The position numbers and the translations under genes are program-made. DNA of 24,000 bases from Rickettsiaceae bacterium (GTDB lineage Bacteria > Pseudomonadota > Alphaproteobacteria > Rickettsiales > Rickettsiaceae): assembly GCA_043777815.1 (NCBI GenBank), contig JAYWHH010000004.1:6492-30491 (forward strand), in the 5' to 3' direction. Shown here one piece after another: positions 7,951-16,694 of this stretch. Within the stretch, counting starts at the first letter, position 1; each line of letters begins with the position of its first letter. The notes beneath the pieces were generated by a model, which saw only the letters and a program-made list of their open reading frames with translations, had not been told where the DNA came from and did no database searches.

Positions 7951-8508
7951 TTACTTTAGAGACATTAGGCTTAAATTTTTCTCTTCAACTCTTTTGTTTA
8001 CTTTTTTGTTGTATTCTTCAACTAATTTATCAATCTCTGCAGTTTCTTTTTTAACAATATCTTCGGACACACCCTCTTTCTCTAATTTTTTTAAGGTTTC
8101 CATTCCATCTCTTCTGATGTGTCTTATTGCAACTTTAGCCTTCTCGCCAAATTGACTAATAACCTTAGTCATTTCTTTACGGCGCTCTTCGGTCACAATA
8201 GGCAATTTAACTATTAAGATTCCAGCTTCATTGCTAACATTTACACCTAAATTAGCAGCATTAATGCCTTTTTCAATATTCTTTAAATTAGCCACGTCCC
8301 ATGGTTGTATTTTTAGAGTTTGCTTATCTATAGCTGATGCGTGAGCTACCTGAGTTAATCTCACTCTATCTCCATGGCTTTCTACTAAAACCCTATCTAA
8401 CATTTTAGTTGAGGCCTGAGATGCGCTAATCCCAGACATGTCCTCTTCTAGAGATTTTAGAGTTTGCTCAAGTTTCTTTTGCACATTAGCTTTAATTAAT
8501 TGATTCAT
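7951..8508 (-). CDS. frr: Ribosome recycling factor
   Basis: 185 aa with typical RRF blocks: RVLVESHGDRVRLTQVA, QPWD, LPIVTEERRKEMTK, AIRHIRRDG. Confidence 0.93.
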   Translation of the reverse strand: MNQLIKANVQKKLEQTLKSLEEDMSGISASQASTKMLDRVLVESHGDRVRLTQVAHASAIDKQTLKIQPWDVANLKNIEKGINAANLGVNVSNEAGILIVKLPIVTEERRKEMTKVISQFGEKAKVAIRHIRRDGMETLKKLEKEGVSEDIVKKETAEIDKLVEEYNKKVNKRVEEKNLSLMSLK

Positions 8509-8607
8509 AACTTAGAAGATTAGAAGAATTTTTTTCGAAAAGATTATACCACGAAATTTATAATACATTGCACAATCAAGTTTCTCGATAAAGAAATAAA
8601 GCTAAAG

Positions 8608-9858
8608 TTATGTTTTGAGGATTTTTTTGAACGTAAATCCTAAATAAGTCAATAAAAATACTGAACTTGAAAGAATGATTAAAATAATTGGCATGCTAAA
8701 TAAATTAAGCTGTGAATAACTACCAATGAGAAAAATCATCAAAGTGATAATGCTATAGTACATAGAAATAAAAATAGAGCTCGAAATACCTATATTTGTT
8801 TTATTTTTAAAAGAAGAAGTTAAGATGTTGTTGCTTGTAGTAAAGCTTAAACAAATTATTAATATTTGTAAAATAGCACTGATTATAGTTATTGATATTG
8901 TATTAAGATACACAGATTTAAAATTTTGAAACACCATAATAAGCCCTAAGAAAATAAAGCTCAGAACTCCTGACGCAAATGAAGTTAGTTCAACTATACG
9001 TCTTGTTTCAATTCTTTTAATCAAGAAATTATTTAGTGTGCCCACTAAAAACATTCCAATACCAAAGCTTAAATACACTAAGCTATAAGCTTCAGAAGAC
9101 AGCTTCAAAACTCCCATATAAAAAAATGGAGCTTCATAAAATATTCCAAAAACAATACTTGCGGAAAGGCCTATTATAATTGCTCTTAATAAGATATTTA
9201 AATCAAAGATCATACTTCTAAAAATAAGAATAAATAGTTCAAAATTAGTTCTTAAAGTTTTAAAAAAACTTTTACTGAATAGTTGACTCTGAGTAGACGG
9301 ATTAGTTTCTTTAAGAAAGAAAATATTAAGCAACAGAAGAGCTATTAAAATTGGAGCAACAACATAATATCCTAATCTCCAATTAGTTTGTATTGCTAAA
9401 TAATTGCCCAATAATATCCCCATGAATTTTGTAAAAAAGGAAAAATAATATGCATGACCATAAACTTTACTCAATTCTTTTCCCTCGTATACATCGCGAC
9501 ATATGGCTTGAGATAATACACTGCTCATACTAGATCCCGCACCTTGAATAAACTTACCCAAATAGAAAGTGTCAATTGTATGACTATTGCTAAATATAGA
9601 AATCCCTAAAACAATCAACAAGAAGCATATTAAAACACAACGTTTTCTACCAATTATGTCGGATAGTTGACCAAATATCATTACGCCCACTACAAACCCA
9701 CTAAAGTACATTGAAGATGCATGTTGCATATTAGACTTAAGCATGCCCAAGTCATTAACTATTTCTAACGTAAGTGGAGAATATATGTCTTCTACAAACT
9801 TTGCAATTGCTATAATTACAAAAACTAATAGCAAATTGATTCGATTCAATTGGCTCAT
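8608..9858 (-). CDS. MFS transporter, DHA1 Bcr/CflA-like drug:H+ antiporter
   Basis: About 12 hydrophobic segments. MFS motif A region is FGQLSDIIGRKRCVLI. The N-terminal DIYSPLTLEIVNDL pattern is typical of the Bcr/CflA subfamily. Confidence 0.8.
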   Translation of the reverse strand: MSQLNRINLLLVFVIIAIAKFVEDIYSPLTLEIVNDLGMLKSNMQHASSMYFSGFVVGVMIFGQLSDIIGRKRCVLICFLLIVLGISIFSNSHTIDTFYLGKFIQGAGSSMSSVLSQAICRDVYEGKELSKVYGHAYYFSFFTKFMGILLGNYLAIQTNWRLGYYVVAPILIALLLLNIFFLKETNPSTQSQLFSKSFFKTLRTNFELFILIFRSMIFDLNILLRAIIIGLSASIVFGIFYEAPFFYMGVLKLSSEAYSLVYLSFGIGMFLVGTLNNFLIKRIETRRIVELTSFASGVLSFIFLGLIMVFQNFKSVYLNTISITIISAILQILIICLSFTTSNNILTSSFKNKTNIGISSSIFISMYYSIITLMIFLIGSYSQLNLFSMPIILIILSSSVFLLTYLGFTFKKILKT

Positions 9859-9907
9859 AATATATGGAGTATAAAATCAATAAAGATACATGTCAGAGGT
9901 TGACAAG

Positions 9908-10384
9908 CTAATTAATCTTAACATTTTTGAACAACTTCTGGATAATTTTTCTTTTACTGGTTTCAGAATAATTAGATTTATTTCTAAAGTATTCAATCGC
10001 TAAAAGATAAGCGGTTTCTATAATTCTATCTTTTATTTTGGCTTGTTGGGTTAAGTAATCCGTTTCGACCCTAGATTCTACTTCACTAGAATTTTTAGTC
10101 ATTTCCACTTCCAGAGATTGTAGCTTTTCTTCTCTAATTTTATTCAAGTCATCTGTAATCTGGTCACAAGTTTGTTTAAAGTTAATTTGCATATTTACAA
10201 ATTCCTTCTCCATTTCTTCAAGCTTGAGGCTATATTCATCCAATTTAGATTCTGAAGTGGCAATATCATCAGAAATTTTCTTAGCTTGTATGTCTAAGCT
10301 ATTAACCATTTTTTTATGAGCAAATTTGTAATAACCCATCAGCAATAAAATAAAACCAGATAAAACAATAATTTTGTCTAACAT
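9908..10384 (-). CDS. atpF: F0F1 ATP synthase subunit b
   Basis: One N-terminal TM helix (IIVLSGFILLLMGYYKF) is followed by a long charged coiled-coil (LDIQAKKISDDIATSESKLDEY...). It is the second of two tandem b-type genes. The b versus b' assignment rests only on gene order. Confidence 0.75.
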   Translation of the reverse strand: MLDKIIVLSGFILLLMGYYKFAHKKMVNSLDIQAKKISDDIATSESKLDEYSLKLEEMEKEFVNMQINFKQTCDQITDDLNKIREEKLQSLEVEMTKNSSEVESRVETDYLTQQAKIKDRIIETAYLLAIEYFRNKSNYSETSKRKIIQKLFKNVKIN

Positions 10385-10666
10385 AATATAATCACGTGTA
10401 TACTCAAGATTATACTAGAAATTTGACCAAAGATTATTTCATGCACAGAGTTAAATTCTATTACTAAAAATTAGGTGTAGATAATTTACAACAAATTGTT
10501 TTTTATAAATCATTTTTATAAATCGATATTGAGTATGAGATAAATCGATATTAAGACTCAATTGCGCATGAATAACTCGTATTGAAACCCAAATAAACCG
10601 AAGATAAATCGATTTGAATCCCAAATAAAACGATATTGAACATGAATAACCGTATTGAAACCTACT

Positions 10667-10930
10667 TAATTAGGCTGCTTAATCTTAAAGCAATTAATAT
10701 TGATCTTCTAATTAGGCTGCTTAATCTTAAAGCAATTAATATTGATCTTCATTTTATGATATATTCGCACCAAATCTTTTTCGTTAATATCTTCATCATT
10801 TGCCACAGTCTGAATTGAATTCAGCTAATTAGGCTGCTTAGTCTTAAAGCAATTAATATTGATCTTCATTTTATGATATATTCGCACCAAATCTTTTTCG
10901 TTAATATCTTCATCATTTGACACAGTTTGA
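10667..10930. repeat. Triplicated 3' end of the atpF' gene (42-bp partial copy, 105-bp copy, then the functional gene end)
   Basis: taattaggctgctta(a/g)tcttaaagcaattaatattgatcttc starts at 10667, 10709 and 10826. Copies 2 and 3 continue for ~105 bp (attttatgatatattcgcaccaaatctttttcgttaatatcttcatcattt...). A 12-bp spacer (attgaattcagc) precedes the functional copy. Confidence 0.95.
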
Positions 10931-11334
10931 CATATAAGTTTAGAGTAAACTATCATCGATTCTTCTATTTTTTCCTCGCTACTTAAAATATTTAATTCCT
11001 GGCTACGTTCTCCACTCAATTCTTGGTATTTTTTATGTAATTTTTCCTGATATGTTTTTTCTGTTTTTAAAATTTCTTTTTCCAATTCATTAATTTTAGT
11101 ATTTCTATACTCGGAAATCTTTTTTTGATGACTTGAAAGTTCTTGTCCTAAGTGTTTAATTCTATCGGATAGGATAGTTAATTTTTCCCCTCGATTAATT
11201 TCTTTACTGACTCTATTTTGTAGATTTTTTTTGAGAGTTGGGTAAAAATATAATGTGAAAAAACAATAAATTGAAACAAATGCTACCAGAGTCCAAACTA
11301 ATTGGATTATCGAATTATAACTGAAGTCCAACAT
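10825..11334 (-). CDS. F0F1 ATP synthase subunit b' (second b-type subunit)
   Basis: N-terminal TM helix (LVWTLVAFVSIYCFFTLYFY), then the PTLKKNLQNRVSKEI pattern (cf. P.i...L..R...I) and a coiled-coil. It is the first of two b-type genes, as in the alphaproteobacterial order atpB-atpE-b'-b. Confidence 0.72.
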   Translation of the reverse strand: MLDFSYNSIIQLVWTLVAFVSIYCFFTLYFYPTLKKNLQNRVSKEINRGEKLTILSDRIKHLGQELSSHQKKISEYRNTKINELEKEILKTEKTYQEKLHKKYQELSGERSQELNILSSEEKIEESMIVYSKLICQTVSNDEDINEKDLVRIYHKMKININCFKTKQPN

Positions 11335-11482
11335 ATTATTTTGTTTAAAAGTTAAGTTTTACTAACCTATAACGCATTAACTTAACGTGCTATAAGTAAA
11401 TTATACCAATAATTTGACATAAACGTGAATTATTCTTGGCATTTCTTTCATCGTGTCTATGTTTTTAATAAGACTTTGTTCA

Positions 11483-12868
11483 CTACGCATTATGCATAGA
11501 ATTTTCTCCGGATAACTTCAAAGAAAAATCAGTTATACATTCAGTGAATATTGTTAAATCATTTTCTATACCTTCATAAAAATCACACAAATCATCAACG
11601 TTATCAGATGCGTTGAATTTAATAATTTTATCCTTCAAATTCATTTTCATATCACCAACCTTTTTCAATGCATCAAGAAATTCAGTCGTAAAATCTTCAA
11701 TAGAAATTTTATTCTTTTGATTCTCTAATACATCAAGCTTACGCTTTGAGGTTTTTGATAAATTATGTATTAATTTTAAATTATTTACCGTATCTACTTT
11801 TTGCTTTTCGGAGTAATAATATGTGTTGGATGTATATGAGGATCCTTTCAATTGACCTGGACCACATTCTTTATCTTCTTGAATAGTACCTTGTGATACT
11901 GTAAATTTATCTTGATCAAGTTCAGGCGAATGTCTCTTAATAATTTTAATATAGTATTTATAAATTTGTTTTAATCGCTCAATTAAAAGACTATAATCTG
12001 TTTTAATTACGGATCCATTCATTTTATCGTGATCTGAACTTTTATAGTTGATCTCTAAACCATTATGTAATGTCGCAATTATCTGTGTCGCTTTATTTTC
12101 CATGTCGTTTTTATGGGGTTGTCCAGATAAAACAAGATCTGTACCTATTTTAAGCTGCAACTCGCTTTTATTGGGTTTAAAATTTCCAAGTGGAACTTTT
12201 ATAGTCATACAACTCTTTCCTTTGGTTACCAGTTCAGTACTGGTAGCTTCGTTTTTTGTTGTTATGCAAACTCTTTGAGGCGCAGTTTTTGATTTATCAT
12301 TACAAATAAGTGTAAACATTTTTGGTCCCAAATCTTTAGGCAAAATCGCTAGATGTTTTTTTGAACAATCAATATGAGCAGTTGAAATTACATAAGGAAA
12401 AAGAACAAGATCTTTATTATAACTAATCTGATTACAAAAATGAATTTTAATATGTTTATATTTTGCATTACTTAGTAAATCGCACTTATAATCATAATTA
12501 AATCCAATAAAATTTAGGGTTTTCATATCACCTATTTTAACTTCTAAGAAATTGATAGATTGTTTAGGGTTCTCACTATAGCGAATGTCTAATTGTTTCA
12601 AGAAATAATCAGAATTATTTTCTCTCTTATAATGAAATTTGGCGCCTATAAAATTGTTAAAATTTGAGCCTAGCTTTGAAAAAGACCCGAGTTTATCCTC
12701 AGGCGAAAAACTTATTGTAAAATCATATCCTATGCTGGTGCGCAAAATCATTTTTTGTTCTACAACATTGCATCCTATAACATCACCGCTTGTAGTGAAG
12801 TTAGGATAATATTTAGTGTAATTTGTTGGTTTTGACTTGTATGATGAGATTAAATGTAATTGTTTCAT
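11483..12868 (-). CDS. Orphan hypothetical protein (461 aa): Cys-rich, apparently beta-rich N-terminal ~290 aa plus a helical acidic C-terminal region
   Basis: Long intact ORF flanked by 148-bp and 351-bp AT-rich spacers. No signal peptide, TM helix or known motif recognised. The antisense ORF 12048-12278 is a shadow. Confidence 0.55.
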   Translation of the reverse strand: MKQLHLISSYKSKPTNYTKYYPNFTTSGDVIGCNVVEQKMILRTSIGYDFTISFSPEDKLGSFSKLGSNFNNFIGAKFHYKRENNSDYFLKQLDIRYSENPKQSINFLEVKIGDMKTLNFIGFNYDYKCDLLSNAKYKHIKIHFCNQISYNKDLVLFPYVISTAHIDCSKKHLAILPKDLGPKMFTLICNDKSKTAPQRVCITTKNEATSTELVTKGKSCMTIKVPLGNFKPNKSELQLKIGTDLVLSGQPHKNDMENKATQIIATLHNGLEINYKSSDHDKMNGSVIKTDYSLLIERLKQIYKYYIKIIKRHSPELDQDKFTVSQGTIQEDKECGPGQLKGSSYTSNTYYYSEKQKVDTVNNLKLIHNLSKTSKRKLDVLENQKNKISIEDFTTEFLDALKKVGDMKMNLKDKIIKFNASDNVDDLCDFYEGIENDLTIFTECITDFSLKLSGENSMHNA

Positions 12869-13102
12869 GTTGTAAAAATTATATATAACTAATTATATAT
12901 AATATAATATATATAAAAAAGTAACATATTTTCAATTATGAAAACTAAATCTATAAAATAAGATCTATAAACTACTTGAAAAAATCGAAATCTTAAGTTA
13001 ATTCGAGATCTTAAGCTGATAAAGAAATATATTCAAACTATAGTTTTCTTTTAATACTACATTTTCTCGTGCGTGATATATTCATCTTCAGGTAATTCTA
13101 GA

Positions 13103-13321
13103 TTAAAGTTTTTTCCATACCAAGATTCTTTAAAAACGTACTACTTGGTGCATGAATATTTTGGACATAGACAGGTTAAAGCTGTAATAACCTTGAACTT
13201 CTATTTAATAAACACAGAGTTATTTAAAGTTTTTTTCCATACCAAGATTCTTTAAGAACGTACTACTTGGTGCAATGAATATTTTGGACCTGGACAAATT
13301 CATAATGTAATAACCTTGAAC
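13103..13321. repeat. ~120-bp-period tandem duplication of the hflC 3' end, including the stop codon
   Basis: Copy 1 (13103-13198) and copy 2 (13224-13321) share ttaaagttttttccataccaagattctttaa(a/g)aacgtactacttggtgca..tgaatattttggac...gtaataaccttgaac. They differ by scattered substitutions and 1-nt indels. Confidence 0.93.
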
Positions 13322-14074
13322 CTCTCTGTATAGACTATAAAAATCATAATTTTTACCGTAAGCCTCAGATAACATTATCACTGCTTGTTTATCCGCTTCA
13401 GCTTTAATTATTTCGGATTTTTTTTCAGCTTCTGAAAGCAGTATTTGAAATTCTTTATCAGTTGTAGAAGTAATTTCCATAGCAAGCTCATGCCCTTCTG
13501 CTCTAATTTGCATAGATTCTTTAAGTCTTTCTGTTTCCATACGATTATATATGGATATACTATTCTGTTCTGGAAAATCTGCATGCACGATCCTAACATC
13601 CGTAATTTTTATTCCAAAATTTGGAGCATCTTGATTCATTAAATCTTTTATTTGAGTCATTATTGAAGAACGTTTACTCGAAAATAGATCTGTCAATTGA
13701 ATTTTACCAATGATTTGACGCATGGCTGTTTCTAATAAGCGCTCACCAGTGTTTTTATTATTCATTTTTTTATAGAAAATCAAAGGATCTTTGATTTTGA
13801 ATTTACCAAATGCATCTATTAATATTCTTTTTCCATCAGCAGTAGTTAACTCTTTTGAGATAGAATCGATATTTGAAAGACGTTTTTCCATAAAAGAAAC
13901 CGTATCTATAAAAGGTACCTTTAGTTTTAAGCCTGGCTTGTCCAAAATTCTTACCGCTTCTCCAAATTCAAATACGATAGCATATTTGCGTTGGTCTAAG
14001 ATAAAAAAACCGTCCATGATAGTTAGTAATGATATGACGGCTATCGAAATGTATAGATAATATCTATTTTGCAT
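13220..14074 (-). CDS. hflC: Protease modulator HflC (SPFH/band-7 family)
   Basis: N-terminal TM helix, then the SPFH core (YAIVFEFGEAVRILDKPGLKLKVPFID). It lies immediately downstream of hflK with a 13-bp gap. Confidence 0.88.
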   Translation of the reverse strand: MQNRYYLYISIAVISLLTIMDGFFILDQRKYAIVFEFGEAVRILDKPGLKLKVPFIDTVSFMEKRLSNIDSISKELTTADGKRILIDAFGKFKIKDPLIFYKKMNNKNTGERLLETAMRQIIGKIQLTDLFSSKRSSIMTQIKDLMNQDAPNFGIKITDVRIVHADFPEQNSISIYNRMETERLKESMQIRAEGHELAMEITSTTDKEFQILLSEAEKKSEIIKAEADKQAVIMLSEAYGKNYDFYSLYREVQGYYIMNLSRSKIFIAPSSTFLKNLGMEKNFK

Positions 14075-14087
14075 AATCTTTGATATA

Positions 14088-15089
14088 TTAATTATTTTCT
14101 AGTGTTTTGAGAGTAGGTGCATTTAAACTTTTTTCACCATCAGCATAGTAAACATGGTCAGCATCTGTAAATATAATTTCTTTTACATTAGACAACAAAT
14201 AGTCTCTAGCCTCGCTAATCATTTCAAGTTTAATTGCACTTTGCTTTGGTTTATCGCTACTAATAAATCTGTCTAATAGAACATTATATCTGGCAATCTT
14301 TCCTTCTGCTTGCATAATTCTCTTGGCTTTAAAACTTTCAGCTTCTGAAAGTAATTTCTGAGCCTGCCCTCTAGCCTCAGGAATTTTTTTATTTCTGTAA
14401 GCCATAGCTTCGTTAATAAACTTTTCTTTATCAGCTTTAGCTATTTGAACTTCACGATAAGCGCTAATCACTTGGGATGGTGGCTCAGCGGTCAAAAGTT
14501 GAATCATTTCAATTTTTATTCCTAAACCATATCCATCAAGTATATCTTGAGCCAATTGTTTAGTTTGTTCTATTATTCTCTGTTTTCCGTCTGATAAAAT
14601 GGCTTGAGTATTTATCCTAGAAGCTACTTCTCTAAGCGAACTTTCAACTACTGATTTTATCGTAGAATCCGGATTTACTACATTCATTGCATATTTTTCT
14701 AAATCATCTATATAAAACACAACGTCTGCAGTTACGCGAACTATATTCTCATCCCCTGTTACCATAGTACTTTCGAGATGATACTTTTCATTATCTTTAT
14801 TTTCAGAACGATATCCAATTTCAATTCTTCTTGATTTATCTACTGGTATTACTGACACTTTTTCTACAAGAGGAATTGCAAAATTAAGTCCAGAATTACC
14901 CATTCTAACTATTTCACCAAATCTAACAACTATAGACTGTTCGCCCTCTTTAACTTGATATACACCAGAAGACAATACGAATATGCATCCCAATAAAGCA
15001 ATGATGATCAAGATGCTTTTTTGATGCTTGAAGTTAATGCTATTGTTAGAACTACTGTTTGGGCTATCCCAAGGAGATTTAAAATTCAT
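14088..15089 (-). CDS. hflK: Protease modulator HflK (SPFH/band-7 family)
   Basis: SPWDSP N-terminus, TM helix, VYQVKEGEQSIVVRFGE SPFH core, and a coiled-coil region (EARGQAQKLLSEAESFKA). Classical hflK-hflC pair. Confidence 0.88.
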   Translation of the reverse strand: MNFKSPWDSPNSSSNNSINFKHQKSILIIIALLGCIFVLSSGVYQVKEGEQSIVVRFGEIVRMGNSGLNFAIPLVEKVSVIPVDKSRRIEIGYRSENKDNEKYHLESTMVTGDENIVRVTADVVFYIDDLEKYAMNVVNPDSTIKSVVESSLREVASRINTQAILSDGKQRIIEQTKQLAQDILDGYGLGIKIEMIQLLTAEPPSQVISAYREVQIAKADKEKFINEAMAYRNKKIPEARGQAQKLLSEAESFKAKRIMQAEGKIARYNVLLDRFISSDKPKQSAIKLEMISEARDYLLSNVKEIIFTDADHVYYADGEKSLNAPTLKTLENN

Positions 15090-15154
15090 AGGTTAACTGT
15101 TTTTTTTAAAGTATAAGCTAATATCAACAAAATTTCAAAACAACCTGGTTTATA

Positions 15155-16489
15155 ATGATAGTTAGATTATTCAGCAAAACGCTTATGATGGAAGATAAAA
15201 ACAATAAGATAAACATCGACCTCAAAGAGATTGATCAAATAGTTCAGAATCGAAAAGCACGCTTGATAAATAAAAACATTAAGTTTCCTATATATTTGGA
15301 TTACAATTCAACCACGCCTGTTGATATTAAAGTTTTGGAGCAGATGATACCATACTTCAATTCTGATTTTGGCAATCCACATTCTCGAACTCATTCATAT
15401 GGCTGGTCTGCTGAAGAGGCAGTAGAAAAGGCTAGGGAGCAAGTAGCCAAGGTTATAAATTGCGAGACAAAAGAAATAGTATTTACTTCAGGTGGAACTG
15501 AGGCTAATAACTTGGCTATTAAAGGAGCTGCTAGATTTTATAAATCAGACACTAAAAATCATATTTTAACCATATCTACAGAACATAAATGTATTATAGA
15601 AACCTGTAGAAATTTAGAAGATGAAGGATTTGAAGTAACTTATTTAGATGTAGAAAAAGATGGATTAATCGATTTAGAGAAATTTGCTAAAGCAATTAGA
15701 CCTTCTACTATATTAGCTTCTGTGATGTTAATTCAAAATGAAACCGGTGTAATTCAAGACTTGAAATCTTTGGGAAAAATTTGTCGAGATCACAATATTT
15801 TATTTCATTCAGATATTGTTCAAGGTTTTGGCAAAATTCCTATTGATGTAGAAGAATGCAATTTAGATTTAGTTACCATTAGTGCGCATAAAATATACGG
15901 CCCAAAAGGTATTGGAGCATTGTATGTTAGAAAAAAACCTAGAGTCAGACTTAAATCCATTTTTAGCGGCGGAGGACAAGAGAGAGGAATGCGTTCTGGA
16001 ACTAATCCAACTCCATTAATTGTTGGGTTTGGGTTAGCGGCGGAGATAGCTGTTTCTAAAATGGAAGAAGATAGAAAACACTATACCCTTTTATCTAACA
16101 AACTATTAGAAATACTTAATAAATATTTGGATTATATATATGTAAATGGCAATATAGATCATAGATATCCTGGTAGTTTAAATATTAGTTTTGAATTTGT
16201 TGAAGGTGAGTCATTAATTATGGCAATTAAAGATTTGGCTTTATCGTCTGGTTCAGCTTGTACTTCTGCCTCTTTAGAATCCTCTTATGTTTTAAGAGGA
16301 ATGGGTGTAGACGAAGCTTTGTCTCATACATCTTTAAGAATTTCTTTTGGGCGTTATACTAGCTTAGAGGAAGTTGAATATGCAGGATACCTGATAGTTA
16401 AAAGTGTACTTAGGTTAAGAGAATTAAGTCCTCTTTGGGAAATGAAACAAGAAGGAATAGATATCAATTCTATAGAATGGTCCCATTAA
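15155..16489 (+). CDS. iscS: Cysteine desulfurase IscS (group I, PLP-dependent)
   Basis: [13 protein letters not shown], the HK pyridoxal-lysine context ([17 protein letters not shown]), active-site loop SSGSACTS, and a C-terminal ...IEWSH typical of IscS. About 40 aa precede the canonical start. The ATGs at 15185 and 15188 are alternative starts. Confidence 0.92.
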   Translation: MIVRLFSKTLMMEDKNNKINIDLKEIDQIVQNRKARLINKNIKFPIYLDYNSTTPVDIKVLEQMIPYFNSDFGNPHSRTHSYGWSAEEAVEKAREQVAKVINCETKEIVFTSGGTEANNLAIKGAARFYKSDTKNHILTISTEHKCIIETCRNLEDEGFEVTYLDVEKDGLIDLEKFAKAIRPSTILASVMLIQNETGVIQDLKSLGKICRDHNILFHSDIVQGFGKIPIDVEECNLDLVTISAHKIYGPKGIGALYVRKKPRVRLKSIFSGGGQERGMRSGTNPTPLIVGFGLAAEIAVSKMEEDRKHYTLLSNKLLEILNKYLDYIYVNGNIDHRYPGSLNISFEFVEGESLIMAIKDLALSSGSACTSASLESSYVLRGMGVDEALSHTSLRISFGRYTSLEEVEYAGYLIVKSVLRLRELSPLWEMKQEGIDINSIEWSH

Positions 16490-16694
16490 ACTAGTGTCTT
16501 TTTTATTAAATGAGATCATTAAAAAATGAATAGTTTCACTAAAAAATCTAAATAAATTTAGGTTTATTGGATAAATATTAAGTGTAGATATTTTTCAAAC
16601 ATAACCATATAACTTGAAGTAAGGTGACTATATATTCCAAATTTCTTAGTTATTAAAGTATAATCATTCATATTTTCTATATATAATAGGGATC

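Noticed and set aside
10636-10818. 60-aa plus-strand ORF with an internal repeated peptide (LIRLLNLKAINIDL x2)
   Set aside because: The peptide repeat is simply the antisense of the triplicated atpF' 3' end, so this is not a gene.
10667-10930. Possible CRISPR-like array (repeated ~42-bp unit)
   Set aside because: The units are contiguous copies of a gene terminus with no unique spacers between them, only three copies are present, and no cas genes are in the window.
13073-13255. 60-aa plus-strand ORF
   Set aside because: It is the antisense of the duplicated hflC tail and overlaps the hflC stop.
15090-15154. Strand switch (all genes to the left on the minus strand, all to the right on the plus strand) as a possible replication origin
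   Set aside because: The divergent spacer is only 65 bp. I saw no DnaA-box-like clusters (TTATCCACA-type) or extra AT-rich unwinding element beyond background, and no dnaA, dnaN, hemE or parAB-type neighbours. A plain divergent promoter region is the simpler reading. A GC-skew calculation on the whole replicon would settle it.
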